A stretch of DNA of 64,000 nt from an uncultured Holophagales bacterium (GCA_963842525.1 CAWJGT010000001.1:96001-160000), one strand, 5' to 3'; positions 30,320 to 41,183 are shown, counted from the first letter of the stretch. Notes: generated by a model from the letters alone, not told the origin. Program-made: numbers and translations.

Positions 30320-31324
30320 AGCGCTTCGTGACCCTGGCGGAGCTCAGCCGCGGCGAGGTGATCGAATTGCTGGCCCTCGCCGACCGGCTCGAGCGGCGGC
30401 CGGATTCGGACGCCCTGGCGGGCAAGGTCCTGGCCCTCCTCTTCTTCAACCCGTCGCTGCGCACCCTCGCCTCGTTCCAGGCCGGGATGGCGCGGCTGGG
30501 CGGCAGCTCGTTCGTCATCTCGCCCGGGCAGGGGAGCTGGCAGCTCGAGACCCGGACCGGCGTGGTCATGGACGGCGCCGCGGCCGAGCACGTCCGCGAG
30601 GCCATCCCCGTCCTCGCCGGCTATGGCGACGCGCTCGGCATCCGCTCCTTTGCCGGCGGGACCGACCTCGCGGCCGACCTGGCCGACGAGACCTTCGCCG
30701 CCATGGCCGCGGTCTGCCCGGTGCCGGTGATCAACCTGGAATCGGCGATCGACCATCCCTGCCAGGCGCTCGCCGACTGGCGGACTATGGACGAGCTGAA
30801 CATCCCCACCGAGAGCGGCCGGTTCGTCCTCTCCTGGGCCTGGCACCCGAAGGCGCTCCCCCTGGCCGTGCCCGCCGCGGCCGTCCACATGGCAGCCCTG
30901 CGCGGGATGGACGTGACCGTGCTCCGGCCCGAGGGGTTCGGCCTGCCGGAGCCGGTGATGGAGCGGGCGCGCCAGGCCGCGGAGCTTTCCGGAGGCTCGG
31001 TCCGCGAGTCCGCCGACCGCCGCTGAGGCCATGCAGGGGGCGCACGTTGTCTATGCCAAGTCGTGGACGGCGCCGGCCCACTACGGCGATCCGCAGGCCG
31101 AGGCAGCGCTGCGGGCCGGCCTGCGGGACTGGTGCGTCGGCGAGGACTGGTTCGCCCCGGCCGCACCCGGCTGCCGGTTCATGCACTGCCTGCCGGTGCG
31201 GCGCAACGTGGTGGTCCGCGACGAGGTGCTCGACGGACCGCGCAGCGTGGTGATCCGGGAGGCCCACAACCGGATGTGGGTCCAGATGGCGGTCCTCCAT
31301 CGGCTTTTGCGAGGTGAATCATGA
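30316..31324 (+). CDS. argF: N-acetyl/N-succinyl-ornithine carbamoyltransferase ArgF' (frameshift near 31020)
   Basis: FFNPSLRT, NLESAIDHPCQ, WAWHPKALP and MHCLPVRRN: signatures of AOTCase/SOTCase rather than classical OTCase. Confidence 0.9.
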
Positions 31325-32277
31325 AAGACGTCGGCCAGCGGACCGCCGAGATGGCGGCTCTGAAGCATGCGACCCCCTACATCCGCCTGTTCAAGGGGAA
31401 GACCTTCGTGGTCAAGGTCGGCGGCGAGGCGGTGGAGACCGAGGCCGCGATCCGCGGACTCCTGGAACAGGTGCACACCCTCCACCAGGTCGGCATCCGC
31501 GTGGTCCTGGTGCACGGCGGCGGCACGGAGTCGACCCGCCTGGCCCGCGCCCTCGGGGCCGAGCCGCGCTTCGTCGAAGGCCGGCGGGTGACCGACGAAG
31601 CGGCCCTCCAGGTAGCGGCCATGGTCTTGAACGGCGCGGTCAACACCCGCATCCTGGCGGTCTCCCGTGCCCTCGGCCTGCCGGCCCTGGGCATCTCCGG
31701 GATCGACGCCGGCCTGATCCAGGCGCGCCGCCGGCCGCCGGTGCAGGTGAACGGCGCCACGGTCGACTACGGCTTCGTCGGCGACGTCGTCTCCGTCTCC
31801 CCGGGGGTGGTCACGACCCTGCTCGACGCCGGCATGGTGCCGGTGGTGAGCCCGCTCTGCGCGGACGACGCCGGCACCGTCCTCAACATCAATGCGGACA
31901 CGATCGCCTCGGCCCTCGCCGTCGGCCTGCGGGCCGAGAAGCTGATCCTGATGACCGGCGCGCCGGGCATCCTCGAACGGCCGGGCGATCCGGGCACGCT
32001 CGTCTCCTACACCGACCTCGCCGGCCTGCGCCGGCTGCGCGACCAGGGATGCCTCGTCAAGGGGATGCTTCCCAAGGCGAGCGCCATCGAGTCCGCGGTC
32101 CTGGGCGGCGTCCGGCGGGTCCACATCCTCGGGGCGGACATGCCCGACGGCCTGCTGACCGAGGTCTTCACCAACGAGGGCGTCGGGACGCTGGTGGTCG
32201 AGGACGTCGGCGCCCTGTCGCCCGCCGAGCAGTGGATGGAAGCAACGGCCTCTCCGGTCCTGGAGACCGCGCCATGA
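31321..32277 (+). CDS. argB: N-acylglutamate kinase
   Basis: VVKVGG, VHGGG, GRRVTD, GFVGDV, NINAD and GMLPK. Confidence 0.93.
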   Translation: MKDVGQRTAEMAALKHATPYIRLFKGKTFVVKVGGEAVETEAAIRGLLEQVHTLHQVGIRVVLVHGGGTESTRLARALGAEPRFVEGRRVTDEAALQVAAMVLNGAVNTRILAVSRALGLPALGISGIDAGLIQARRRPPVQVNGATVDYGFVGDVVSVSPGVVTTLLDAGMVPVVSPLCADDAGTVLNINADTIASALAVGLRAEKLILMTGAPGILERPGDPGTLVSYTDLAGLRRLRDQGCLVKGMLPKASAIESAVLGGVRRVHILGADMPDGLLTEVFTNEGVGTLVVEDVGALSPAEQWMEATASPVLETAP

Positions 32278-33384
32278 TGCTGCCGCCGCGCGAGATCCTG
32301 ACCCTCCATCGCGATATCGTCGCGATCCCCTCCGTGTCCGGGAGCGAGGCGGAGCTGGCCGGCTTCCTGGAGGACCGGCTCCGCCGCCGGGGCGCCGCAC
32401 CGGTGCGGGTCGGCGAGAGCCTGCTGGCCCTGCATGGCGAGGGTCCGGTGCTCCTCCTCGACACCCACCTCGACACCGTGCCGCCGGTCCCGGGCTGGAC
32501 GCGCGACCCCTGGCAGGTCGAGGAGGCGGACGGCCGCATCTACGGGCCTCGGCGCGAACGACGCCAAGGCCTCGGTCGCAGCCATGGTCGCCGCCTTCCT
32601 CGCCTTCCTGGAGGTGCGGCTGCCCTTCACCCTCGCCCTGGCCCTGGTCGAGGGGGAGGAGACGAAGGGGACCGGCACCCAGGCGGTCCTCGCCGAGCTG
32701 GCGCGCCGCGGCCTCCCGCTGGAGGCGGCCGTGATCGGCGAGCCCACCGGCCTCGACCTGGCCGTGGCGCAGAAGGGCCTGATGGTTCTGGAGCTGGTGA
32801 CGCGAGGCGAAGCCTGCCATGCCGCGAACGCCGCAGCCCTCGGCGCCACCAACGCGGTGCGGCTGCTTGCCCGCGACCTGGTGTCCCTGGAAGCGATCGA
32901 CTTCGGCCCGCCCCACGAGCAGCTCGGCCCCATCACCCTGGAGCCGACGCAGCTCCGGGCGGGGACCGCGCGCAACATCGTGCCGGGCGAGGCCACGGCC
33001 GTGCTGGACGTCCGCACCACACCGTCCCTCTCCCGGGAAGAGATCGCCCGGCGCATCCGGGAAAGGGTCCGGGGCGAGGTCCGGGTGCTCTCCGACCGTC
33101 TTCTGCCCAAGGCCACGCCGGAAGACGCGCCGCTCATCGTCGCCGCCCGCCGCGCCCGTCCGCACGCCCGCCTTTTCGGCTCGGCGACCCTGTCGGACAT
33201 GGCCCTCCTGAACGGCACCCCCGCGGTCAAGTGCGGTCCGGGGCAGAGCGACCGCTCCCACACGCCGGACGAGTACGTCCTCCACGAGGAGATCCTGGAC
33301 GGCGCCCGCTTCTACACCCGGCTGATCGGTTCCTACGCGGAGCTGAGAGTCGAGCAGGAGCACCTGCTGGAGGTCCGGGGGTGA
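32274..33384 (+). CDS. argE: M20 deacylase (N-acylcitrulline/ornithine deacylase; frameshift near 32545)
   Basis: PSVSGSE, DTHLDTV, GLGANDAK, EGEE, IGEPT and SHTPDE. Confidence 0.88.
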
Positions 33385-34566
33385 CCCGCCTCTGGGACAA
33401 GGGAGAGCCGCTCGATGAGACGGGTCCTCCGCTACACCGCCGGCGAGGATCACGTCCTGGACGCCCGGCTCGTCCCCTACGACGTCCGGGCCTCGATCGC
33501 CCACGCCGAGATGCTCCAAGGTGCCAACCTGCTCTCCGCCGAGGACCTGACCGCGATCCGGCAAGGTCTGGAAGCCCTCGCCGCCGGACACGCTGCCGGG
33601 GAGTGGCGCATCGACCTCGCGGACGAGGACGTCCACACCGCCCTGGAGACCCGCCTGACCGCAAAGATCGGCGAAGCCGGAGCCCGCCTCCACCTCGGCC
33701 GCTCGCGCAACGACCAGGTCCTCGCCGCCCTCCGCCTCTACCTGCGCGACGAGATCGAAGCTCTCCGCCAGGGAGCCCTGGAAGTGGCGGCTGCCCTCGA
33801 TGCCCTGGCCGAACGGGAGAAGGACACGCTCCTCCCCGGCTACACCCACATGCAGCCGGCCATGCCCAGCTCCGTGCCGTTGTGGGCGGGAGGCTTCGCC
33901 GCCGAGCTGCGCGACAACGCCGAAGGCCTCGCCGCCGTCCGCCGCCGCATCGACAAAAACCCGCTTGGCTCGGCCGCCGGCTACGGCGTCCCCCTGCTGC
34001 CCATCGACCGCGAATCCACCCGGGCAAGCCTGGGCTTCGCCGAAGTCCAAGAGCCGGTGACCGCCGTCCAGCTCTCGCGAGGCAAGGCGGAGGCCCAAGT
34101 CCTCTTCGAAACCGCCCTCCTGATGCAGGATCTAGGACGCCTCGCCGCCGACCTCGTCCTCTTTTCAATGCAGGAGCTCGGCTTCGTGAGCCTGCCGCCG
34201 GAGATGACCACCGGCTCCTCGATCATGCCGCAGAAGCGCAACCCGGACGTCTTCGAGCTGGTCCGCGGCCGCACCGTCACAGCCCAGGCCTGCCTCCTGG
34301 AAGTCCTGGCGATCACCGCCAAGCTTCCCTCCGGCTACCACCGCGACCTCCAGCTCCTGAAAGCCCCCCTCTTCCGAGGCCTCGACCTCGCCCGCGACAC
34401 CCTCGCGATCCTGTCCGCCGCCCTGCCCGGCATCCGCTTCCACCCCGAGCGCATCCATCTCGACCCCGGCCTCTACGCTGCCGAAGAGGCTTACCGCTTG
34501 GTTTTGGAGGAAGGTATCCCCTTCCGCGAGGCGTACCGGCGGGTGGGGGAGCGGTACAACGCGTAG
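33381..34566 (+). CDS. argH: argininosuccinate lyase (frameshift near 33420)
   Basis: RLWDKG, EDVHT, HLGRSRNDQ, PGYTH and TGSSIMPQKRNPD. Confidence 0.93.
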
Positions 34567-34568
34567 AG

Positions 34569-35018
34569 AGTGACCTGGATCGATCCAGGCGATCCTGTAA
34601 GCATTCGACGTGACCTGATAGTGATCGAGGATGAGGCTGAACGCTTATCAGGCGACTCCGGATGCTTATCGGGGACGCTGGATCGATGTAGGAAACTCTG
34701 TAAGCATCCGGGTGACCCGACATCGATCGAGGGTGGGGCTGAACGCGTATCGGTGACTCCGAATGCTTGTCAGGTGAGGCTGGACCGATCCAGACAACTC
34801 TGTAGCCATCCGAGGTGACCCGAGATCGATCGAGGCGACGCTGGATGCTTATCGGGTGACCCTGGATCAATACAGGGGACGCTGGATGCATCCAGATGAC
34901 TCGGGATCGATCGAGGCGAGGCTGAACGCTTATCGGGTGGCCCTGGATGCTTATTATGAGACGCTGGATCGATCCAGGTGACTCTGAACGCATCCAAGAT
35001 CGCTCTGAGATCATCCGA
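34569..35018. repeat. degenerate tandem array of about 22 units of 20-21 bp with a ~103-bp higher-order period
   Basis: Units such as ggtgaccctggatcaataca, ggggacgctggatcgatgta, ggcgaggctgaacgcttatcg and ggtgacccgagatcgatcga; consensus about GGYGACNCTGGATCGATCCA. Confidence 0.8.
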
Positions 35019-35032
35019 ATTGCCGCCCCCCT

Positions 35033-35242
35033 GTAGCCCCGAAGGGGCCTTGGCATAAAGCCTGGCGCTTCAGCGCCAGGTTGGCGTCCTCCAAATTTTT
35101 CCTGAGCCCTGAAGGGGCGCAGGCACCTGAATCTCAGTGCTCCCACCCCCGCATCGGGGCTCGCGCCCATCGCCCTCGCCGTCGCCCCTTCGGGGCTTGG
35201 GGGGAAATTGGGCCGCGGTCCTGGGGTTGAAACCCCAGGCTT
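35033..35242. repeat. GTAG-type REPIN, left part (continues at 38749-38771 after the intron)
   Basis: gtagccccgaaggggc...ggcataaagcctggcgcttcagcgccagg; mirror arm cctggggttgaaaccccaggctt|tatgcccacgccccttcggggct split by the intron. Confidence 0.85.
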
Positions 35243-36462
35243 GTGCGCCCGTGAGCGCACACGTTCAGAGAGGTGAAAGTCCTCTTCAGGCATACGCTCT
35301 CCGGCCTGTAACCGAAGGTAACTGCGTCGCCCAAAGCGAGGTGGAGAGCAACCGGAGGTGAGAGACCAGTCCGCAGGAGACGAAATCGATTCGGCCTTGT
35401 GACCCCGACGAGCCTGCAAGCCACTGGCGAAGTCTGGACCCTCAAGGGAGACCCATCGAGCTGAGGGGTAGCGTGCGAAAGCGGCGATGGGGGGGCGTAG
35501 GGTGATTGGATGCAGAATGGTCTCAAAGGACGTGTGACGTGAAGCGGGGAGACCTCGGTCGGGCAGGAGACTTGCCGAGGAGTCAGAGTCCTCATAGGAG
35601 CTGAGAAGCGCCGTAACGGGCGTGGAGCAAAGGGGGACAGGGAGGTGGATGCGTGACGACTGGACAAGCGGAAAGCAACCGCGCGTCAGTGCCTGTAAGG
35701 GCTAAACAAGCCGGAGAAGTCCGGGGCCGGTGGCCCTGGGTGGAACCGCATGTCTGGACGGATCGCATGTTGACGGCCCTCGAAGCTGGGGTCCAAGGAG
35801 GCCAATGGTTCAGTCTGATCGACAAGGTCTATGACTCGCGCAACCTGGACTCTTCCTACCAGCGGGTCAGGCGGAACCAGGGAAGCGCTGGGGTTGACCA
35901 CGTGACGGTCGCGCAGTTCAGCGCCCACCTCGGCAAGAACCTGGAGAACCTGGCGGCTAGTCTGAAAGACGGCAGTTATCGTCCGCAGGCGATTCGCCGG
36001 GTGTGGATACCCAAGCCGGGTAGCTCCGAGGAGCGCCCTCTGGGGATTCCGACGGTTCAAGACCGGGTGGTGCAAGGAGCGCTGCGCAATGTCTTGGAAC
36101 CGATCTTCGAACGGGAGTTTGCAGCCCAGAGCTACGGATTCCGTCCGGGGAGAAGTACCAAGGCTGCGCTGCGTCGCGTCTCGGAACTGCTGGAGGCCGG
36201 CTATACCCATGTGGTGGACGCCGACCTGCGCAGCTATTACGACACGATCCCTCGCCAGGGTTTGATGGCGAGAATCGAAGCGAAGGTATCGGACGGCCGG
36301 GTCTTGGACCTGGTGCGTGCCTTTCTCGACCAGGAAGTGATGGTGGGTCTGGAGCACTGGACTCCTGAGGAGGGAACTCCACAAGGAGCGGTGATCAGTC
36401 CCCTGCTGTCGAATATCTACCTGGACCCTCTCGACCATCAAATGGCCGAACAAGGTTATGAG

Positions 36463-38120
36463 GTATCTGTTTACCGCCCTAGTGCCGCCTTCCCCGAGCG
36501 GTGGCACGTCCGCAAGGGCTTGAAGTTCTCTTCTCGGCATGGTCTAATGTCTTTCAGGCATGCCGACTTACGAGGAACTCCTTCAAGAGAACTCTGAGCT
36601 TCGCCAAGACAACGGTGAGCTTCGCCAGCGGGTGGAGGAGCAGGAGCGCCAGATTGCGCACCTGAAGCGCCGAATCGTCGATCTGGAGAAACTTGTCGAG
36701 GAGCTACGGCGCCGGGGCAAACGCCAGGCTGCCCCCTTCTCGAAGGGAGATCCGAGCGAGGATCCCAAGTCTCCAGGGCGCAAAGCCGGGGATCAATATG
36801 GTCAGCAAGCGACTCGAGCTGTGCCCGATCACGTCGACGAAACCATCGTGGTGGAGTGCCCGCTGTATTGTGAGCACTGTGGGGGTCAGGTCATTCCGCA
36901 GGGCGAAGCTCGCCAGTATCAGACCGATCTGCCGCCGATTCGGCCGGTGACGACGGAGTTCATCCTCCATTATGGGAAGTGCTCGGCATGTGGCCGGGAA
37001 GCTGTGGGGCGTCACCCGCGCCAGACTTCCCAGGCGTTCCGGGTCGGCAACGTGCAACTCGGTCCAAACGTGTTGGGGCTCGCCGCCTGGCTCAACAAGG
37101 TCGGAGGCTTGAGCTACGGCAAGATCGCCGCGTTGCTGAAGGAGCTGGCTGGACTGTCTGTGTCGCGCTCGGCCCTGTGCCGCGCGCTGCTTCGCATGAG
37201 TAAGAAGCTGGAGCCCTTGTACGAGGAGCTGAAGGCGAAGATCCGGAGCTCTCCTGTGGTGTACCCGGACGAGACGGGCTGGCGGGAGGGGGGCTATAGC
37301 GTGTGGTTGTGGGTGTTCACCAATCGCAGCGAGACGGTCTACAGCATCCAGCCGGGTCGTGGCTATGCCGAGGCCTCTGAGGTCCTGGGGGAGGGCTTTG
37401 TCGGCGTGCTGGTGGCTGATGGTTGGGCTCCCTATCAGAAATTTGAAGAAGCGACTCATCAGACCTGTCTGGCGCATCTGTTGCGCCGTTGCGAGGAGCT
37501 GCTGGAGAAGGCGACAGGGGGTGCGGTGCGCTTTCCTCGGGCGGTGAAAGAGATCCTGCAGGCCGCCTTGGAGGCGCGAAGATCAGCGGGACGCGGGCAA
37601 GCTCAGCGGCGAGGCGCTGGAGAAGGTCAAGCAGGACTTGGAGCTCCAGATGGAAAGGCGTCTGTCGGGGAAGTTCACGAACCCCGACAACCAGCGTCTG
37701 GCTCAGCATTTGATACGTCACCAGGAGCAGCTGTTTGTCTTCCTGGAACGCACGGATGTGGAGGCGACCAATTGGCCGGCCGAACAAGGGATTCGCCCGG
37801 CGGTCATCAACCGCAAGACATCTGGGGGAAATCGGACGGCCGAGGGGTCCCAGGCGCAAGCGGTCTTGATGAGTGCCCTGCGCACATTTCAGCAACACCA
37901 AGTCGGGACACTCGAGATCTTGCCCCAGCTTCTGCGCAGCCCCCAGCTACCGAAGCTTGAGGCAATACTTCCTGCGTCACAGCCACCGTAACAGTTCTCG
38001 CCACGAGTTATCCGTGGCTCCAGGTCGGTAGCCGCTCGCCCTCGTCAGGTCGCCTGGCCAGCGCGGACGTGTGTCCAGGGAAAACCTTCCCCAAAAGTGC
38101 CGCTGACGGTAAACAGATAC
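36463..38120 (+). mobile_element. IS66-family element (single-ORF, ISBst12-like), 1658 bp
   Basis: 14-bp terminal inverted repeats GTATCTGTTTACCG / CGGTAAACAGATAC; 8-bp target duplication GTTATGAG (36455-36462 and 38121-38128). Confidence 0.95.
36560..37991 (+). CDS. IS66 DDE transposase (frameshift near 37580)
   Basis: Coiled N-terminus, CEHCG/CSACG zinc finger, VYPDETGW, VLVADGW, QTCLAHLLR and TNWPAEQGIR. Confidence 0.9.
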
Positions 38121-38748
38121 GTTATGAGATGGTGCGGTACGCTGATGACTTCGTGATTTTGTGCCGTAGCCGAGAAGAGGCCGAGCGAGCGTTGGCGGAG
38201 GTGGAGGAGTGGACGGCAGCCGCCGGTCTGCAACTTCATCCCGACAAGACGCGCATCGTGGACGCCACCCAGCGGGGTGGCTTCGACTTCCTGGGGTACC
38301 ACTTCGAGCGCGGCTATCGCTGGCCGAGCAAGAAGAGCCTGAAGAAGCACAAGGACACGATCCGTTCCCACACCAAGCGCACGCACGGCATCAGCCTGCG
38401 AGAGATCATCCGCCGAGTCAACGCAGTCCGTCGGGGCTGGTTTGAGTACTTCAAACACAGTCACGGCACCACGTTCAAGCCTCTCGACCAGTGGGTGCGG
38501 ATGCGCCTGAGGAGCATCCTTCGCCACCGGCAAGGGAGACGAGGACGTGGCCGGGGTCAGGACCATCATCGCTGGCCGAACGCCTTCTTTGCTGAGCATG
38601 GGTTGTTCTCCTACGTCACAGCCTATGCTCAGGCCCGTCAATCCTCTAGCAGGTAAAACCACCAACTGGAGAGCCGGATGCGGGAGATCCGCATGTCCGG
38701 TTCGGAGGGAGGGGGAGCCGGTACTCAACCGGCCCTCCCTACCCCTAT

Positions 38749-38771
38749 TATGCCCACGCCCCTTCGGGGCT
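38749..38771. repeat. distal arm of the REPIN split by the intron
   Basis: tatgcccacgccccttcggggct is the reverse complement of the 35035-35056 arm. Confidence 0.8.
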
Positions 38772-38823
38772 CCTGACGTGGGCAGCCTCGATTCACACCG
38801 ACAAGCCGACGAGAGATGGGCCG

Positions 38824-41183
38824 TCAAGAGCTTACAGCCTTCTTGATCTCCTTGCAGATTCGCACCCACGCCTCATCGCGGTCTGCCTTGCTCATCTGCG
38901 CCAAGGGTTTATCCGGCGATGAGACAGCCTGGTAGTCCTTGAGAGGTGTTTCTTCATAGGCGCTCGCGCGGAGCGGCACCCACAGAATCTTGACTCCTCC
39001 CGCTTCGGCTTCCTTCAGCAGTGGCCCGAGCTCATGCTCGTGGATGAAATCCGACGCAAGGAAGCTCGGGCTGACGAGCAACACCGCGGCACTCGTTTGA
39101 TGAAGCGCCCCACGAATCTGTCGAACCATTTCGAGCCCGCAGCGATCTGCTGATCCGACCAGTGCCTGACGGAGCCTGAGCGCGCGAAGAGCTCCGGGTC
39201 CTCGAGGAGCTTTTTCATAAGCTTTTCGTCTTCGTGGCTGTAGCTGATGAAGACTTGATCTCGCATGGAGTCCTCGTTCAATTTCAGATCTGGTTTGGCC
39301 TGGAGCGATTCGCTCGCCTTGATCGGCCTCGCCTCATTCCACCCCCGCGCCGCCTCCTCAGCATCCGCAAGCTCGCCATCGCGGCGGTGGTAGCCGTGTT
39401 TCTCGATCAGGCGGCGGGCCTCGGCCAGGGCGGCGCGGTCGCGGAAGAGGCGGGCGCGGGTGAGTTGGATGTCCGCCTGGAATAGCGGCATTGGCCCCCG
39501 TTCGGCAATTTCCCACGCCTCGTCCAAGTCCGCCTGGCAACCCGCCTCATTGCCCGAGAGATTTCGCAGCCAGGCACGTGTCAGCAGGCCACGGGGGAGA
39601 TGGTGGGTCGTACCGGCATTGCGGAAGCCTACGATGGCAGCGTTGACGTGGTCGACTGCGGCGTTCGGAATGAAAAATACGGTGTGGGCCTTATAGAACA
39701 TTGCCCGGGCCAGGGTTAGGTGGTCCAACGCGATGTCGAGAAGCCAGTCTTGCGGTGTAACCCATGCCAGCGTCTGCGAAGCTCTTGCGATAACCTCATC
39801 GCAAGCGGCTATGGAGGTTGTGGGCGTTGTACTTGGTACAGTCTCAAGACAACGTTGCCATGCCGCGCGTTCTGCGTCGGACAGCGAGAGATCGCAGTAT
39901 CGGAAGCCCTGCAACGAGTAGAGCCGGGATATCCGGCTGATTCGCGGCTTGTTCGGTCTCTGCATCCTCGAATAGATGCCGCGACTCGTCGCGACGACCC
40001 GCTTGGTGCAGAGCATCGGCCAGCGCCGTGCGGGTGCGAGTCGATAGGAGGAGACGGGGAGACGGGGACGTCGATCAGGCGCAGCTCGGTCAGGCGGCGC
40101 AGGACGCGGCGCCAGTCGGCCGGGGACAGGTTCCGCAGCGGCGCGGTGAGGGCGTTCAGCTCGGGCTCATCCGCCTCGCGCAGCACGGCCAGCAGCTTCT
40201 CCTCGGCCGGGCGGTCGAAGAAGCCCAGCAGGCGCAGCACGGCGACTTCCGGGCTGGACTCGCCCAGATGCTGCACGTAGGCCCCGAACAGATGCCGCGC
40301 GTGGTACCGGTGCTCGGCTGCATCCTCGGCGAGCAGAGGGATCTCGTGACGCCGCCGAATCTCGTGGTCGTCCGTGGCGTCGCGCAGGTAGGTCCCCAGC
40401 AGCATCAGCGAATAGGCATGGCCTGGGCATCCTCCACCGCCTGGCGCAGCTCCCTCTCGGGACCGCGAACCTCCAACTGCCGCAACAGCTCCGCCCCGGC
40501 CGCTGCGTCCAGCCGATCCAGCGGCTGCTGGACGACCGCCTGGCCGCTCCTTGTCCGGAGCTCCACCACGGGCTGGCGCGAGGTGACCACGCACAGGCCG
40601 CTCTCCTTCGGGCCGGACGGATCACCCAGCCGGCCCGCGGCCAGGGAGAGCAGCAGGGAATGAATGGCCAGATCTTTCAGCCGGCCCTGGTCGAAGGATG
40701 GCGGATGCTGGAGCGGCTCGAGGCCGTCGAGCACCAGCAAACCGCGCTGCTCGACCAGCAGCCGGGCGAGCGTCCGCCCCTGCTCAGTGGGATCGGTGAG
40801 CCGCGGGCCGGAATGGCCGAAGTACTCCAGCGCCTGCTCGAAGAAGAGATCCGACGACGCGTTGCGTCGCTCATCGCTCCCCTGGCTATAGAAGGAATGG
40901 ACGAAGACCCGCCCCGCCCCGCGCCAGCCGTCGTCGCGCATCTGGGTCAGCCACTTGGCGACGACCCGGGTCTTGCCCGCGCCGCCTTGGGCGTGCAGTA
41001 CGAAGACCCGCACCTGCCCTTGTTCCAGGCCTGGTCGAGCGCCGCCAGCTCCGCCTCGCGCCCTGCGAAGCCCTCGCCGTAGGTGCGCAGCACTTCTACG
41101 CCGTGGGGGGCGGAGTCGTGAGGAGCCGAGGCGGTCATGGGCGCGTCGCGATGGTTCTCTTGGAGATTTGGCGTTGCCTTCAT
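38824..41183 (-). pseudogene. fragmented P-loop NTPase (STAND-like)-TPR protein with C-terminal TIR domain
   Basis: FAGREAEL, AQGGAGKT, LLVLDGLEPLQ, VVTSR; TPR tail; DQVFISYSHED...WSDQQI...AVLLVSPSFLASDFIHEHEL (TIR); several frameshifts and an apparent internal deletion near 40030. Confidence 0.8.

Larger units (their letters stand above)
35653..38656 (+). pseudogene. ltrA: group II intron RT/maturase without endonuclease domain, split by IS66 (35653-36462 plus 38129-38656, 445 aa when rejoined)
   Basis: RPLGIPTVQDRVVQ, SYGFRPGRS, VVDADL, GTPQGAVISPLLSNIYL | MVRYADD and FDFLGYHF; halves rejoin in frame as GYE|MVRYADD. Confidence 0.93.
35243..38748 (+). mobile_element. group II intron (about 1840 nt without the IS), interrupted by IS66
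   Basis: 5' GTGCG at 35243; domain V gagccggatgcgggagatccgcatgtccggttc (about 38671-38703); domain VI and ...ctacccctAT 3' end; RT ORF inside. Confidence 0.93.

Noticed and set aside
29131-31026. ArgD-ArgF' fusion protein (631-aa ORF)
   Set aside because: A natural ArgD C-terminus with an ATGA overlap exists in the shifted frame at 30316-30319; the fusion is a frameshift artefact
34569-35018. CRISPR array
   Set aside because: No invariant repeat alternating with unique spacers; all sequence is degenerate 20-21-bp units, and there are no cas genes in the window
35653-38656. Retron, DGR or defence-associated RT
   Set aside because: GTGCG 5' end, domains V/VI, AT 3' end and a maturase domain identify a group II intron; no TR/VR pair or msr-msd seen
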